Origin: Longimicrobiales bacterium
GTDB taxonomy: Bacteria > Gemmatimonadota > Gemmatimonadetes > Longimicrobiales > Gaopeijiaceae
Assembly (NCBI GenBank): GCA_965219445.1
Contig: CBDCNQ010000004.1
Coordinates: 32,001 to 96,000 of the forward strand
Reading direction: 5' to 3'
Length of the DNA stretch: 64,000 bases
Shown here piece by piece: positions 27,384 through 37,060 of this stretch. The notes under the pieces were generated by a model. That model saw only the letters and a program-made list of their open reading frames with translations, searched no databases and had not been told where the DNA came from. The position numbers were made by a program, and so were the translations under genes. Every line of letters begins with the position of its first letter. The first letter of the stretch is position 1.

Positions 27384-28934
27384 ATGAAGGTGGTTTTCGC
27401 AGTTCTCGCCTCTATCATTATGCCGTTTGGCTTGGGGGCACAGGAGTTCTCGGAACCGCTCCTCCCGGCCGGACAACTCCGGCTCGAGGTCAATTCGGTC
27501 TTCCTGTTCGCGGATGAGCGTTTCGGCCGACGCATGGAGGGCGCATCACTCATCGAGGAGGACGAACCGCTCGGGTTCGACTTCGAGGACACCGCGGCAG
27601 GTGCCCGTCTGTTCCCTGCCCTCGAAGATCTGGAGGCGAACCTGATGACGGCTACGGGGGCGGCCGTCACACCGGTGGTGCTCGGCCAGACTCGGGCGGT
27701 TCTGACGAAGGACGCTGTCTGGCTTCCGATCCGGCTGGACCTGGGCGTATTCGACTGGCTGAGCGTTGGCGCTACGGTTCCGTTCTCGCGACGCCGCGCC
27801 GAGTTCGAGACGTCCATCCAAACTGACGGAGCCAACGTTGGCCTGACGCCCGGCACGGCGGGCGACTTCCTCGGGTCTGTGTCGGCGGCCAACGACGCCC
27901 TTTCGCTCATTAATACGACGTTGTGTACATCGGATCCCTCGAGTCCGGAGTGCTCCCAAGCGACCAGCCTTTTGGCTGAGGGCCAGAGCTTCCATGGAGC
28001 TCTGACAGACGGGGCGGCTCATGGCGTGTTCCCGCTCGAAGGCTCCGATACGGGGGGGGCGCTCCAGGACCGCGTGACCACGCTTGTGAATGCCTATCAG
28101 GCGGTCGGGGTCTCGTCCTTTCCGGCGTCGATCCCCTTGGCCACTGAAGTGTTGACCGAAGCGACATACTTGGACCTGGTGAGGAAGGCCCGGCCGGTCG
28201 GCGTCGAGGGCGATTCCCTCAAGACCTGGAGGAGCCCCTGGGAGATGGGCGATGTGGAGATTCATGCCCGCGCCCGTCTGTGGGGGATCGGCCAAGAGGC
28301 CAGTCCAGAGGGGTCGGAGCCCACCCTCAGCCTGGAGATCGGCGCGGGCGCGCTCTTTCGATTTGGCACGGGCCGGACGGACTCTCCGCGGAACTTTATC
28401 GACACGGGGAGCGGAGACGGTCAGTACGACATCGAGTTGAGCGTGTTCGGAGCGTTGAGCGTTGGAAGTCGCCTCGGCATCGTGGGAGACCTCGCGTATG
28501 GGCTCCAGCAACCCGTCCAGGTCCTCAAGCGGATCGCGGCTCCCGAGCGGATCTTCGCCCCTCTCATCCCGGCTGAGCAGGTGGTGCGTTGGAACCCCGG
28601 CGACTACACGCAGCTTCGTGTATCCCCGCGAGTGTACCTGACACAAGAGGTCGCCGTGGCGTTCGATCTCCGGTACTTCTCGAAGAAGGCGGATCGCTAC
28701 CGCTCGGTCGGCGCCGCGGTGGGACCCAGTGCCGGTTTACTCGACCTCGAGACCAAACAGCGGTTCCTCGGCGTCGGCGGTGGCCTCGTCTTCTCTACGG
28801 TGCAAAGCGGGCGAGGCCGACCGCTAGAAGCCCGATTCTTCTTTCAGCAGGCGGTGTCGGGAAGTGGAGGTCTGACCCCGAAAACCTGGCGTGTCGAGGT
28901 CGGGCTGCGCTTTTATCGAGGCCTTTGGCAGTAA
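27384..28934 (+). CDS. Hypothetical exported, probable outer-membrane beta-barrel protein
   Basis: Signal peptide; amphipathic strands; GDVE and GDGQ motifs. Confidence 0.7.
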   Translation: MKVVFAVLASIIMPFGLGAQEFSEPLLPAGQLRLEVNSVFLFADERFGRRMEGASLIEEDEPLGFDFEDTAAGARLFPALEDLEANLMTATGAAVTPVVLGQTRAVLTKDAVWLPIRLDLGVFDWLSVGATVPFSRRRAEFETSIQTDGANVGLTPGTAGDFLGSVSAANDALSLINTTLCTSDPSSPECSQATSLLAEGQSFHGALTDGAAHGVFPLEGSDTGGALQDRVTTLVNAYQAVGVSSFPASIPLATEVLTEATYLDLVRKARPVGVEGDSLKTWRSPWEMGDVEIHARARLWGIGQEASPEGSEPTLSLEIGAGALFRFGTGRTDSPRNFIDTGSGDGQYDIELSVFGALSVGSRLGIVGDLAYGLQQPVQVLKRIAAPERIFAPLIPAEQVVRWNPGDYTQLRVSPRVYLTQEVAVAFDLRYFSKKADRYRSVGAAVGPSAGLLDLETKQRFLGVGGGLVFSTVQSGRGRPLEARFFFQQAVSGSGGLTPKTWRVEVGLRFYRGLWQ

Positions 28935-28947
28935 GACTCGTCGGCAG

Positions 28948-30612
28948 CTAATCGTTGGCAGCGAGCAGCTCCTTGGCGTGGTCCTGCGAGGTCTCGGATT
29001 CGGGATCGCCCCCCAGCATTCGCGCGATCTCCCGCACACGGGCATCGCCCGAAAGTCCCTTTACGTCCGCAGCGGCGAGCCCTTCGCCGTCACTCTTCTC
29101 CACGAACAGATGACTGCGGGCTTGTGAGGCGAGTTGCGGAAGATGGGTCACGACGAACACCTGATGGTAACGGGCCACATCCTTCAGCTTGGCGCCAACC
29201 AACGTGGCAACCTGCCCCCCGATTCCGGCGTCGATTTCGTCGAAAACCAACGTCGGAACCTCATCGACCTGCGCCAGAATCGCCTTCAGGGTCAGCATGA
29301 CCCTCGACAACTCACCGCCGCTGGCCACTCGCGCGAGCCCGGAGGGCGGAAAGCCAGCATTGACCGAGACCAGGAACTCGACGGATTCGGCTCCATGGGA
29401 TCTCACCTCGGGAAGAGCGTCCATCTGGACCTTGAAGGTCGCGGCCGACAGGCCCAGGTCGGGCAGCAGCGCCTCGACCTCTTCCTCGAGGCGGGTCGCC
29501 GCCTTCCGCCTCTTCTTGCTGAGGCGGGCTGCAGCGGAAGCGAGGCTTTCTTGCATGCGTTCGACATCGGCGGTGAGGGCGTCCTCGTCCCAGCCTCCGT
29601 CCTCTAGCTCGCTCAGCTCCCCTCGGACCCGTTCCCTCGCCGCCACGACGTCCTCTGACGTGGGGCCGTACTTCCTCTTGAGCGAGTGAATCACGTCGAG
29701 CCGGGCACGAACCTCCTCGAGCCGCCCGGGATCATGAATGACGGTGCCCACGTAGTCGCTCAGCTCCCGACCGACCTCGGCGAGTGTGTGATACGCCTCC
29801 TCGAGCTCCTTGTGAGGTGCATCCAGCGACGAATCCCACTCCTTCAGCCGGGCAAGAGTCTGGGCCAGACCGGAAATTTTTTCGGTAATTGCACCCTCCG
29901 TGTCGTACAGCTCACCGTGGACCCTCGTGGCCTCACCGAGAAGCTCCTCGGAGTGCTCGAGGCGCCGACTCTCTTCCGTAAGCTCCTCCTCCTCTCCGGG
30001 CTGTACGTTCGCCTCATCGAGCTCACTCATTTGGAAGCGGAGGAATTCGACCCGACTCGCGAGTTCCTGGCGATGCTCCCGCAGCTCCTTCAACTGGGCT
30101 TCCAGCTTGGAAAGGTTTTGGAACTCCTCCGCCACCGCGGTCGCGTCGGACCCGGCTTCACCGAAGGCGTCCAAGATGCCGCGCTGCGTGTCCTTCCTCA
30201 GAAGCGTCTGATGTTCGTGCTGTCCGTGCAGATCTACTAGGGATCGTCCCAGATCTCCCACCGTGCGGGCCGTGGTCGGGGACTCATTGATCCAGGCGCG
30301 GTTCCTGCCCGCCGCCGCCACCTCTCGCCGAAGGATCAACAGGCCATCCTCGGCCTCGATTCCGAGTTCGCTCACCTGAGCCATGAGCTTCGGATGTCCC
30401 GACACGTCGAAGACCGCCTCGACCATGGCCCGCTCCGCGCCGGAACGCACCTTGTCGCTAGACGCGCGCTCGCCCAACAGAAGCGAGAGCGCGCCGACGA
30501 TGATCGACTTCCCCGCCCCGGTCTCCCCGGAGAGAGCACTCAACCCGGGTCCCAGCTCAAGGGTCAGATCATGGATGACTGCGTAGTCACGAATGCGGAG
30601 TTCAATGAGCAT
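28948..30612 (-). CDS. recN: DNA repair protein RecN
   Basis: SGETGAGKS, HGQHEHQ, ASGGELSR, FDEIDAGIGG. Confidence 0.97.
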   Translation of the reverse strand: MLIELRIRDYAVIHDLTLELGPGLSALSGETGAGKSIIVGALSLLLGERASSDKVRSGAERAMVEAVFDVSGHPKLMAQVSELGIEAEDGLLILRREVAAAGRNRAWINESPTTARTVGDLGRSLVDLHGQHEHQTLLRKDTQRGILDAFGEAGSDATAVAEEFQNLSKLEAQLKELREHRQELASRVEFLRFQMSELDEANVQPGEEEELTEESRRLEHSEELLGEATRVHGELYDTEGAITEKISGLAQTLARLKEWDSSLDAPHKELEEAYHTLAEVGRELSDYVGTVIHDPGRLEEVRARLDVIHSLKRKYGPTSEDVVAARERVRGELSELEDGGWDEDALTADVERMQESLASAAARLSKKRRKAATRLEEEVEALLPDLGLSAATFKVQMDALPEVRSHGAESVEFLVSVNAGFPPSGLARVASGGELSRVMLTLKAILAQVDEVPTLVFDEIDAGIGGQVATLVGAKLKDVARYHQVFVVTHLPQLASQARSHLFVEKSDGEGLAAADVKGLSGDARVREIARMLGGDPESETSQDHAKELLAAND

Positions 30613-30665
30613 GAATCAATTTACCGAGTGCAATGCGGGGATCCCACAAAAATCTGCGGGTCCCA

Positions 30666-31649
30666 CTAACCGGTGTGCCGTGCCGCCCAGTTGAGCTTGC
30701 GCCGGAGCGTTCCGAAAAAATTCTGCCCGGCAAACCGGACCAGCGGGATCTGGATTTCTGAACGTCCGATGTGGATCTCCGCACCCGTCTCGAAGTCGTT
30801 CGCGACCTGTCCGTCCGCCGTTACCACCAAATCCTTCGTCCGTTCGATCGGACTGATGGCGACCCGCTGTGTTCCCGGAATCACCAGGGGTCGCATGGCC
30901 AGGGTGTGTGGACAGATGGGCGTGACAATCAAGCAGTCGACCGACGGCACGACGATGGGTCCGCCCGCCGACAGCGAATAGGCCGTCGAGCCCGTGGGCG
31001 TGGCCACGATCAGTCCGTCCGCCGAGAAGCTGCCCATCTCCTGCCAGGCACCGTCCCCTTCGGCCCCGCCATTCGGTCCGTCTGCCCCGTTCGTTCGTGC
31101 CGCTCTCTCTTGGACCCGGAGGTCCAGCCGAGTCACACGAGCGCCCCCCCGCTTATGAATCACGAAGTCGTTCCACGCGAACATCGGCTCCCCTCGCGAC
31201 GCGTCGGGATGGACGATACGAGCCTCCAGCGTGTACCGACGATCGAGCACGTAGTCGCCGTTCAAGACCAACGCCAGGTGTTCCTCGAACTCCGCCTGCG
31301 GAAGGGCCGTGAGGAAACCGAGGTGCCCGAGATTCACACCGAGAACCGGGATGTCTCGTCCGGCGACTGACCGGCCCGCCCGCAGCAGCGTTCCGTCCCC
31401 GCCCAATGCGATCAGGAGATCGATCGGGTCGGCATCGAGATCCATGCCCTTGGCCCCTTCGGGTGCCAAGTCGGTGAGGCGTTCCTCGAAGGCGAGATCG
31501 ATCTGGTGGTTGCTGGCGAAGTGGACCAACCGATCGACGCAGCCGGGCACGTCATCGTTGTCCGGACGGCCCGCGACGCCGATACGTCTCAGACCGGCCC
31601 CTGTACCGACGCCGACGGCGCCTTCGGTCGGTGCGGCCCGCCCACTCAC
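30666..31649 (-). CDS. nadK: NAD kinase
   Basis: LGGDGT, ND, TPTGSTAYSLSAGG. Confidence 0.96.
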   Translation of the reverse strand: MSGRAAPTEGAVGVGTGAGLRRIGVAGRPDNDDVPGCVDRLVHFASNHQIDLAFEERLTDLAPEGAKGMDLDADPIDLLIALGGDGTLLRAGRSVAGRDIPVLGVNLGHLGFLTALPQAEFEEHLALVLNGDYVLDRRYTLEARIVHPDASRGEPMFAWNDFVIHKRGGARVTRLDLRVQERAARTNGADGPNGGAEGDGAWQEMGSFSADGLIVATPTGSTAYSLSAGGPIVVPSVDCLIVTPICPHTLAMRPLVIPGTQRVAISPIERTKDLVVTADGQVANDFETGAEIHIGRSEIQIPLVRFAGQNFFGTLRRKLNWAARHTG

Positions 31650-33595
31650 GCAGACTCCACCGCCGCCGACACCGCGTCTCCCAACATCCTGCGGGCCTCC
31701 GTGGCGATCCCTTCTGCGTCGAGCCCGAGATCGTGAAGGAGCTCGTCACGTCCGCCGTGCTCGACGAACTGGTCGGGGAGTCCCAGACACCGCACGTCGA
31801 TCGTATCCTCTGACGAGAGGGCCGATAGCTCCCGGACCATGTGGGCACCGAACCCGTTGATCACGGCGCCTTCCTCGATCGTGATCACGCGCCGATGTCG
31901 CTCGGCCACATCTCTGAGGACCTCGCGATCGTACGGTTTCAGGAAACGGCAGTTCACGACCTCCGCCTGAAAGCCGCGGGACGCCAGCGCCTCTGCGGCC
32001 TCGGAGGCAGCGCTCACCATCGTTCCTGTGGCGAGGAACGCGAGATCGGAGCCCCGCCGAAGGATCTCCCACGTCCCGTACTCAACGTCCGGGATCTCGC
32101 TCACGTGCGGGACGGCCTCGGGCACCGCGTCTCTCGGCCAGCGCACGGAGAACGGGCCGTCCTCGTGTCGAATCCCCAGCCGCACGAGCGCCATCATCTC
32201 GGCCCCGTCTTTGGGGGCGGTCACCGTCATACCCGGAACGAGCAGCATGTAGGAAATGTCGAACGACCCGTGGTGCGTGGGCCCATCGGGGCCCGCGAGT
32301 CCGGCCCGATCCATACAGAAAACAACCGGTAGTTCCTGGAGCGCGACATCGTGGATGATGCCGTCGAAGGCGCGCTGCAAAAACGTAGAGTAGATGCAGA
32401 CGACGGGCCGGACCCCTCCGACCGCCGCCATTCCGGCAGCCGCCGTGACGGCATGACCCTCGGCGATACCCACATCGAAGAACCGATCTGGGAAGGCTTC
32501 ACCGAAGATGTCGGTACTGGTCCCGTCCGGCATTCCCCCGGTGATCGCGACGATCCGGGAATCGAGTTCACCCAACTCTTTGAGTCCCTTGCCGAAAACC
32601 TTTTGGTACCGAGGCAGGCCACCACTCTCTTTCTTCGCCTCCCCACTGATCTTGTCGAATGGCGAGGCCGCGTGCCACTTGTACGCGTTCTGCTCAGCGA
32701 GGGAAAAGCCCTTGCCCTTCTGTGTGATCACGTGGACCAGAATCGGACCGTCCAGTCGGCGGACCCTGCCCAGGGTCTCGACCAGCGAGTCGAGATCGTG
32801 TCCGTCGACCGGACCGATGTACCGGAAGCCGAGCTCCTCGAAGAGCATCCCAGGGACGAAGAGGCCCTTCACGCTCTGGTCCGTGCGGCTCGCAACGCGC
32901 CTCACGATGCCTTTCGCGCCGCCCGGCCCCATTGAGAGCAAATCCTTCACCTCATCTCGAATCCGATTGTAGACCGGACTCGTCATCACGCCGGTCAAAT
33001 ACTTGTTCATTGCCCCAACGTTGGGCGCGATCGAATGGTCGTTATCGTTTAGGACGACGATGAGGTTCCGATCGGTGTGACCCGCGTTGTTGAGCGCCTC
33101 GTAGGCCAGGCCGCAGCCCATCGCCCCGTCTCCGATGACGGCCACGACACTGAAGTCGTCACCATTCAGGTCGCGGGCAATGACGGTGCCGAGCGCCGCT
33201 GAAATGGAAGTGGCCGCGTGGCCGGCCCCGAAGTGATCGTATTCGGACTCGTCACGCTGGAGGAATGGTGCCAACCCATCCTTCTTACGGATCGTCGGAA
33301 GTCGCTCGTTTCGGCCGGTAAGGATCTTGTGGATGTAGCCCTGGTGGCCGGTGTCCCAGATGAGCTTGTCCCGCGGCGTTTCGAACGTGTAATGGAGCGC
33401 CACGGTGAGTTCGGCAACTCCGAGGCTGGCTCCGAAGTGGCCCCCGACCTTGGAGATCACGTCGACGTGGCGTTCCCGGGCCTCCACGACCAGCTCGTGC
33501 AGCTCTTCCCGAGAGAGCCCTCGAACGTCTTCCGGTCCGTCTATTTGGTCCAAGATCGACACGGGTCGACTCCTAACTTCGGTATTGACCACCAT
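31646..33595 (-). CDS. dxs: 1-deoxy-D-xylulose-5-phosphate synthase
   Basis: GGHFGASLG, WDTGHQ, GDG..NDN, DRAG..DGPTHHG. Confidence 0.97.
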   Translation of the reverse strand: MVVNTEVRSRPVSILDQIDGPEDVRGLSREELHELVVEARERHVDVISKVGGHFGASLGVAELTVALHYTFETPRDKLIWDTGHQGYIHKILTGRNERLPTIRKKDGLAPFLQRDESEYDHFGAGHAATSISAALGTVIARDLNGDDFSVVAVIGDGAMGCGLAYEALNNAGHTDRNLIVVLNDNDHSIAPNVGAMNKYLTGVMTSPVYNRIRDEVKDLLSMGPGGAKGIVRRVASRTDQSVKGLFVPGMLFEELGFRYIGPVDGHDLDSLVETLGRVRRLDGPILVHVITQKGKGFSLAEQNAYKWHAASPFDKISGEAKKESGGLPRYQKVFGKGLKELGELDSRIVAITGGMPDGTSTDIFGEAFPDRFFDVGIAEGHAVTAAAGMAAVGGVRPVVCIYSTFLQRAFDGIIHDVALQELPVVFCMDRAGLAGPDGPTHHGSFDISYMLLVPGMTVTAPKDGAEMMALVRLGIRHEDGPFSVRWPRDAVPEAVPHVSEIPDVEYGTWEILRRGSDLAFLATGTMVSAASEAAEALASRGFQAEVVNCRFLKPYDREVLRDVAERHRRVITIEEGAVINGFGAHMVRELSALSSEDTIDVRCLGLPDQFVEHGGRDELLHDLGLDAEGIATEARRMLGDAVSAAVESA

Positions 33596-33647
33596 AACAT
33601 AGCCTGGAAGCGAACGTGCCCATACGCCCGACCCCATTCCATCTTCT

Positions 33648-34562
33648 CTACCTCTTACGCTCCACTACATAGGAGGCGAGCGCAATCAACGCCGGTGCGT
33701 CGAGCCGAGCGCCTCGAAGCGCCGTCACCGCCTCCTCTGCGTGTGCCCGGGCTCTGGCAATCGCCTCCTCCAGGCCATACAACCACACGTAGGTGCTCTT
33801 GTCGAGCAGGCCGTCGCTGGGGTGCTTTCCCAGATCGGCTGCAATCTGGGTCGCGTCCAGAATGTCATCGGTCACTTGAAATGCAAGTCCGATGCCGCGG
33901 CCGAAGCTCTCGAGCCCAGCGAGGGTCGCGTCAGTGGCACCGGCGGCGATGCCGCCGATCGCCAAGGAAGCGGTAAGCAACGCACCTGTCTTCATGCCGT
34001 GAAGACGATCGAGCGCCGTCGAGTCGAGACGCTTTCCCTCGCCCAACAGATCGAGCGCCTGGCCACCGACCATCCCGCCCGCGCCCGCAGCCCGATTCAA
34101 TTGGCTCACAATCCTCCGAGAAACCGCGTCGTCCGCACCCAGAGCGTTCGACGCGCGAAGAGCCCAGAGCGAGGCCGCCGGGACCAGCGCCAGCCCGGCT
34201 CGAGCCGTGGCTGCTTCTCCGAAGAGTGTGTGGGGGGTCGGCTGGCCTCTCCGAAGATCGGCGTCGTCCATGCACGGGAGGTCGTCGTGCATGAGGGAAT
34301 AGGCGTGAATCAACTCGGTCGCGGCGCCGAGGTCGTATGCCGCGGGCCCCATCGCCCCCCCGCATGCCCGGTACGCGACCACGCACAGGATCGGGCGAAG
34401 GCGTTTCCCCCCGCTGAGCACCGCGTGGCACGCAGGCCGGAACAGTTCATCGGGGAGCTCGTCACTCAACCAGTCACAGGCGCGTTCGAGTGCCCGCTCC
34501 ACCTCCGCCCTTTCGTCACGAAGAAGCCCTTCGAGGTCGAAGACGGAAGGCTCGGAGGTCAC
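33648..34562 (-). CDS. ispA: Polyprenyl (farnesyl) diphosphate synthase
   Basis: GGKRLRP, HDDLPCMD, GQALD, FQVTDDILD. Confidence 0.92.
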   Translation of the reverse strand: MTSEPSVFDLEGLLRDERAEVERALERACDWLSDELPDELFRPACHAVLSGGKRLRPILCVVAYRACGGAMGPAAYDLGAATELIHAYSLMHDDLPCMDDADLRRGQPTPHTLFGEAATARAGLALVPAASLWALRASNALGADDAVSRRIVSQLNRAAGAGGMVGGQALDLLGEGKRLDSTALDRLHGMKTGALLTASLAIGGIAAGATDATLAGLESFGRGIGLAFQVTDDILDATQIAADLGKHPSDGLLDKSTYVWLYGLEEAIARARAHAEEAVTALRGARLDAPALIALASYVVERKR

Positions 34563-34897
34563 TCCGGCTCTTCCTCCAGTGGCCTGATAACGGGACCCTC
34601 CTCTGGGCCCAGAAGCTCTTCCACCTTGAGTTCCGCGACACGGAGCGTCGCTTCGGCTCCGCGCACATGCTCGACGCCCTCCTCGAACAAGCCGAGGGCT
34701 TCTTCCATATCGAGGTCGGCGGCCTCGAGGGATCGCACGATCTCTTCGAGGCGTTTCAGCCGCTCCTCCAGGGATGGAGCATCATCGCCCCCGGCATCCC
34801 CCACAGCATCGCCTCCCACATCGAAAGCGTCGTTTCCTCCGGAATCGGTCATGTCATCCCCCAAGGCGTCATGCGCCTCATCCTTCTTGGTGGTCAC
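34559..34897 (-). CDS. xseB: Exodeoxyribonuclease VII small subunit
   Basis: LEEIVRSLE..EEALGLFEEG..AELKVEEL; acidic N-terminal extension. Confidence 0.92.
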   Translation of the reverse strand: MTTKKDEAHDALGDDMTDSGGNDAFDVGGDAVGDAGGDDAPSLEERLKRLEEIVRSLEAADLDMEEALGLFEEGVEHVRGAEATLRVAELKVEELLGPEEGPVIRPLEEEPE

Positions 34898-36090
34898 GGT
34901 CCATCCCGTACTTCACACGGCACGGACCCGTCCGAGACACGGAGCACGAACCGGTCGCCTTGTTCGAAGGCTGCGACGGTCCGAAGGATCCTCCCGTCCC
35001 CACCCTGAGGGAGGGCGTACCCGCGTCGAAGCGTCGCCAGTGGTGAAAGCACGTCCATCTTGCCGGCGACTTCGGATAGGCGGGCTCTCTTGAGCGTCGC
35101 CAGCCCTCGGACCGCCGACTCCATACGGTCTCCCGCCCGACCAAGCGCCTCGCGCCGCGGTCGCACCAAGCCCACACCGGATTGCCCGAGTTGACTCAGA
35201 CGCATCGCCAACACCTCCCGCCGGCGGAAGGCAATTGTTCGTAGGGCCCCGCTCATTCGAGTTCGGGTCACCCCCAGTGCATCGCTCAGTCCAGCGCCGT
35301 CCTTCACAGCGGTTTCCGCACCGGCAGACGGCGTGGGAGCCCTGACATCCGCAACCAAGTCGGAGATGGTCACGTCGACTTCATGCCCCACGGCCGAGAT
35401 GACGGGGACCGGGCAAGCGATGATCGCGCGGGCGACAACCTCTTCGTTGAACGCCCAAAGGTCCTCGAGCGATCCCCCACCCCGTCCGACGATCATCACG
35501 TCCACCAGGCCGCTGCCTCCCAAGGCCCGGATCGCTTCGGCGACCTCCTCGCCTGAGCCCTCGCCCTGCACGCGCGCGCCCCGCACGATCACACGCGTCC
35601 AGGGGGCTCGCCTGCGGACCACCGTCAGAATGTCGGCGAGCGCCGCACCCGCCAGCGACGTGACCACGCCGACGGTCCCGGGTAAGTGGGGCAGCGCGCG
35701 CTTCCGCTCGGGAGCGAACAGGCCCTCAGCCTCGAGCTTCGAACGAAGCCGCTCGAAGGCCTGACGCCAAAGTCCCTCGGCTCCCTCCGCCTCGAGGCGC
35801 CGCACTACGAGCTGATACTCTCCCCGGGCCTCGTACAAGGTGAGCCCGCCGAAGGCCCTCACGGTCGTGCCCTCCTCCGGATCGGCCGGAAGGCTCGCCG
35901 CTTCGGTCTTGAACATCGCGCAGCGGAGTTGGGCTTGCTCGTCCTTGAGGGTGAAGTAGCAGTGTCCCGAGCGGGCACGAGTCCAGTTGGCGACTTCGCC
36001 GCTGATCCAAAGGCTCTCGACCGTGTCCTCGAGCAGGGTCCGCACAGCTCGGTTGACCTGTGTGACGCTCCAGACACGAGGCTCGGTCAT
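34894..36090 (-). CDS. xseA: Exodeoxyribonuclease VII large subunit
   Basis: SGHCYFTLKD, RGGGSLEDLWAFNEE, GHE, TPS. Confidence 0.97.
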   Translation of the reverse strand: MTEPRVWSVTQVNRAVRTLLEDTVESLWISGEVANWTRARSGHCYFTLKDEQAQLRCAMFKTEAASLPADPEEGTTVRAFGGLTLYEARGEYQLVVRRLEAEGAEGLWRQAFERLRSKLEAEGLFAPERKRALPHLPGTVGVVTSLAGAALADILTVVRRRAPWTRVIVRGARVQGEGSGEEVAEAIRALGGSGLVDVMIVGRGGGSLEDLWAFNEEVVARAIIACPVPVISAVGHEVDVTISDLVADVRAPTPSAGAETAVKDGAGLSDALGVTRTRMSGALRTIAFRRREVLAMRLSQLGQSGVGLVRPRREALGRAGDRMESAVRGLATLKRARLSEVAGKMDVLSPLATLRRGYALPQGGDGRILRTVAAFEQGDRFVLRVSDGSVPCEVRDGP

Positions 36091-36120
36091 GCTGGTCCAG
36101 TGTTCAGCGTGATGATCACG

Positions 36121-37044
36121 CTAGCCCTCGACCGCCGCCGACCGGACCGCCGCGGACCGGACCGCCGCAGACCGGACCGCCGCCTCGACCGTATTGAAGA
36201 GCAACATGGCGATCGTCATCGGGCCGACCCCCCCGGGGACGGGACTGATCGCGGAAGCCACTTCCTTGACCTCGTCGTAGGCCACGTCACCCGTCAAGCG
36301 GTAGCCTCCCTCTCGTGTGTCGTCGTCCACTCTGTTCACACCGACGTCGATGACCACGGCACCGGACTTCACCATGTCACCCCGGATCAGGTCGGGCTGC
36401 CCGATGGCCACGATCAGGATGTCCGCCTCGCGGGTGACTGCACCGAGGTCGGGCGTGCGGCTGTGTGCCACGGTCACGGTCGCGTTCCCGCCCGGTGCCT
36501 TGCGGAGCAGAAGGGCTGCCATCGGCCGTCCGACGATGTTGGAGCGCCCAACCACGACCACGTGCTTGCCCGCAGGGTCGTTCCCACTGCGCTGCAGCAT
36601 CTGGATGACACCGGAGGGTGTGCAGGGCGCCGGCGCGTCGGGATCCCCGGTCGCAAGCCGGCCCATGTTGACCGGGTGGAAGCCGTCGACATCCTTCGCG
36701 GGATCCATGGCCAAGAGGACGCTGGATTCGTCGATCTGATCAGGAAGCGGAAGCTGGACCAGGACGCCGTGGATCTCGGGATCCGCGTTGAGGCCCGCCA
36801 CGACCCCCAGAAGCTCGTCTTCCGACGTGTCCTCCGGCAACGTGACCTGCCGAGAGTAGATCCCGGCCTCGGTCGCGGCCTTGTTCTTCGATCTGACGTA
36901 CACCTGGCTCGCCGGGTCTTCGCCTACGAGGACCACTGCGAGGCCGGGCGTGAGCCCGGACTCCTTCAGATCGGCGACCCGCTTCTTGACCTCTTCGCGG
37001 ATCGAGGCGGCCATGTCCTTCCCCGATATGACTTCAGCGGGCAT
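36121..37044 (-). CDS. folD: Methylene-THF dehydrogenase/cyclohydrolase
   Basis: KDVDGFHP, GRSNIVG, PVPGGVGP. Confidence 0.97.
   Translation of the reverse strand: MPAEVISGKDMAASIREEVKKRVADLKESGLTPGLAVVLVGEDPASQVYVRSKNKAATEAGIYSRQVTLPEDTSEDELLGVVAGLNADPEIHGVLVQLPLPDQIDESSVLLAMDPAKDVDGFHPVNMGRLATGDPDAPAPCTPSGVIQMLQRSGNDPAGKHVVVVGRSNIVGRPMAALLLRKAPGGNATVTVAHSRTPDLGAVTREADILIVAIGQPDLIRGDMVKSGAVVIDVGVNRVDDDTREGGYRLTGDVAYDEVKEVASAISPVPGGVGPMTIAMLLFNTVEAAVRSAAVRSAAVRSAAVEG
36131..36183. repeat. 15-bp tandem repeat at the folD 3' end
   Basis: Encodes AAVRS x3 + AAV. Confidence 0.85.
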
Positions 37045-37060
37045 TCAGATCCCTCCCCAC

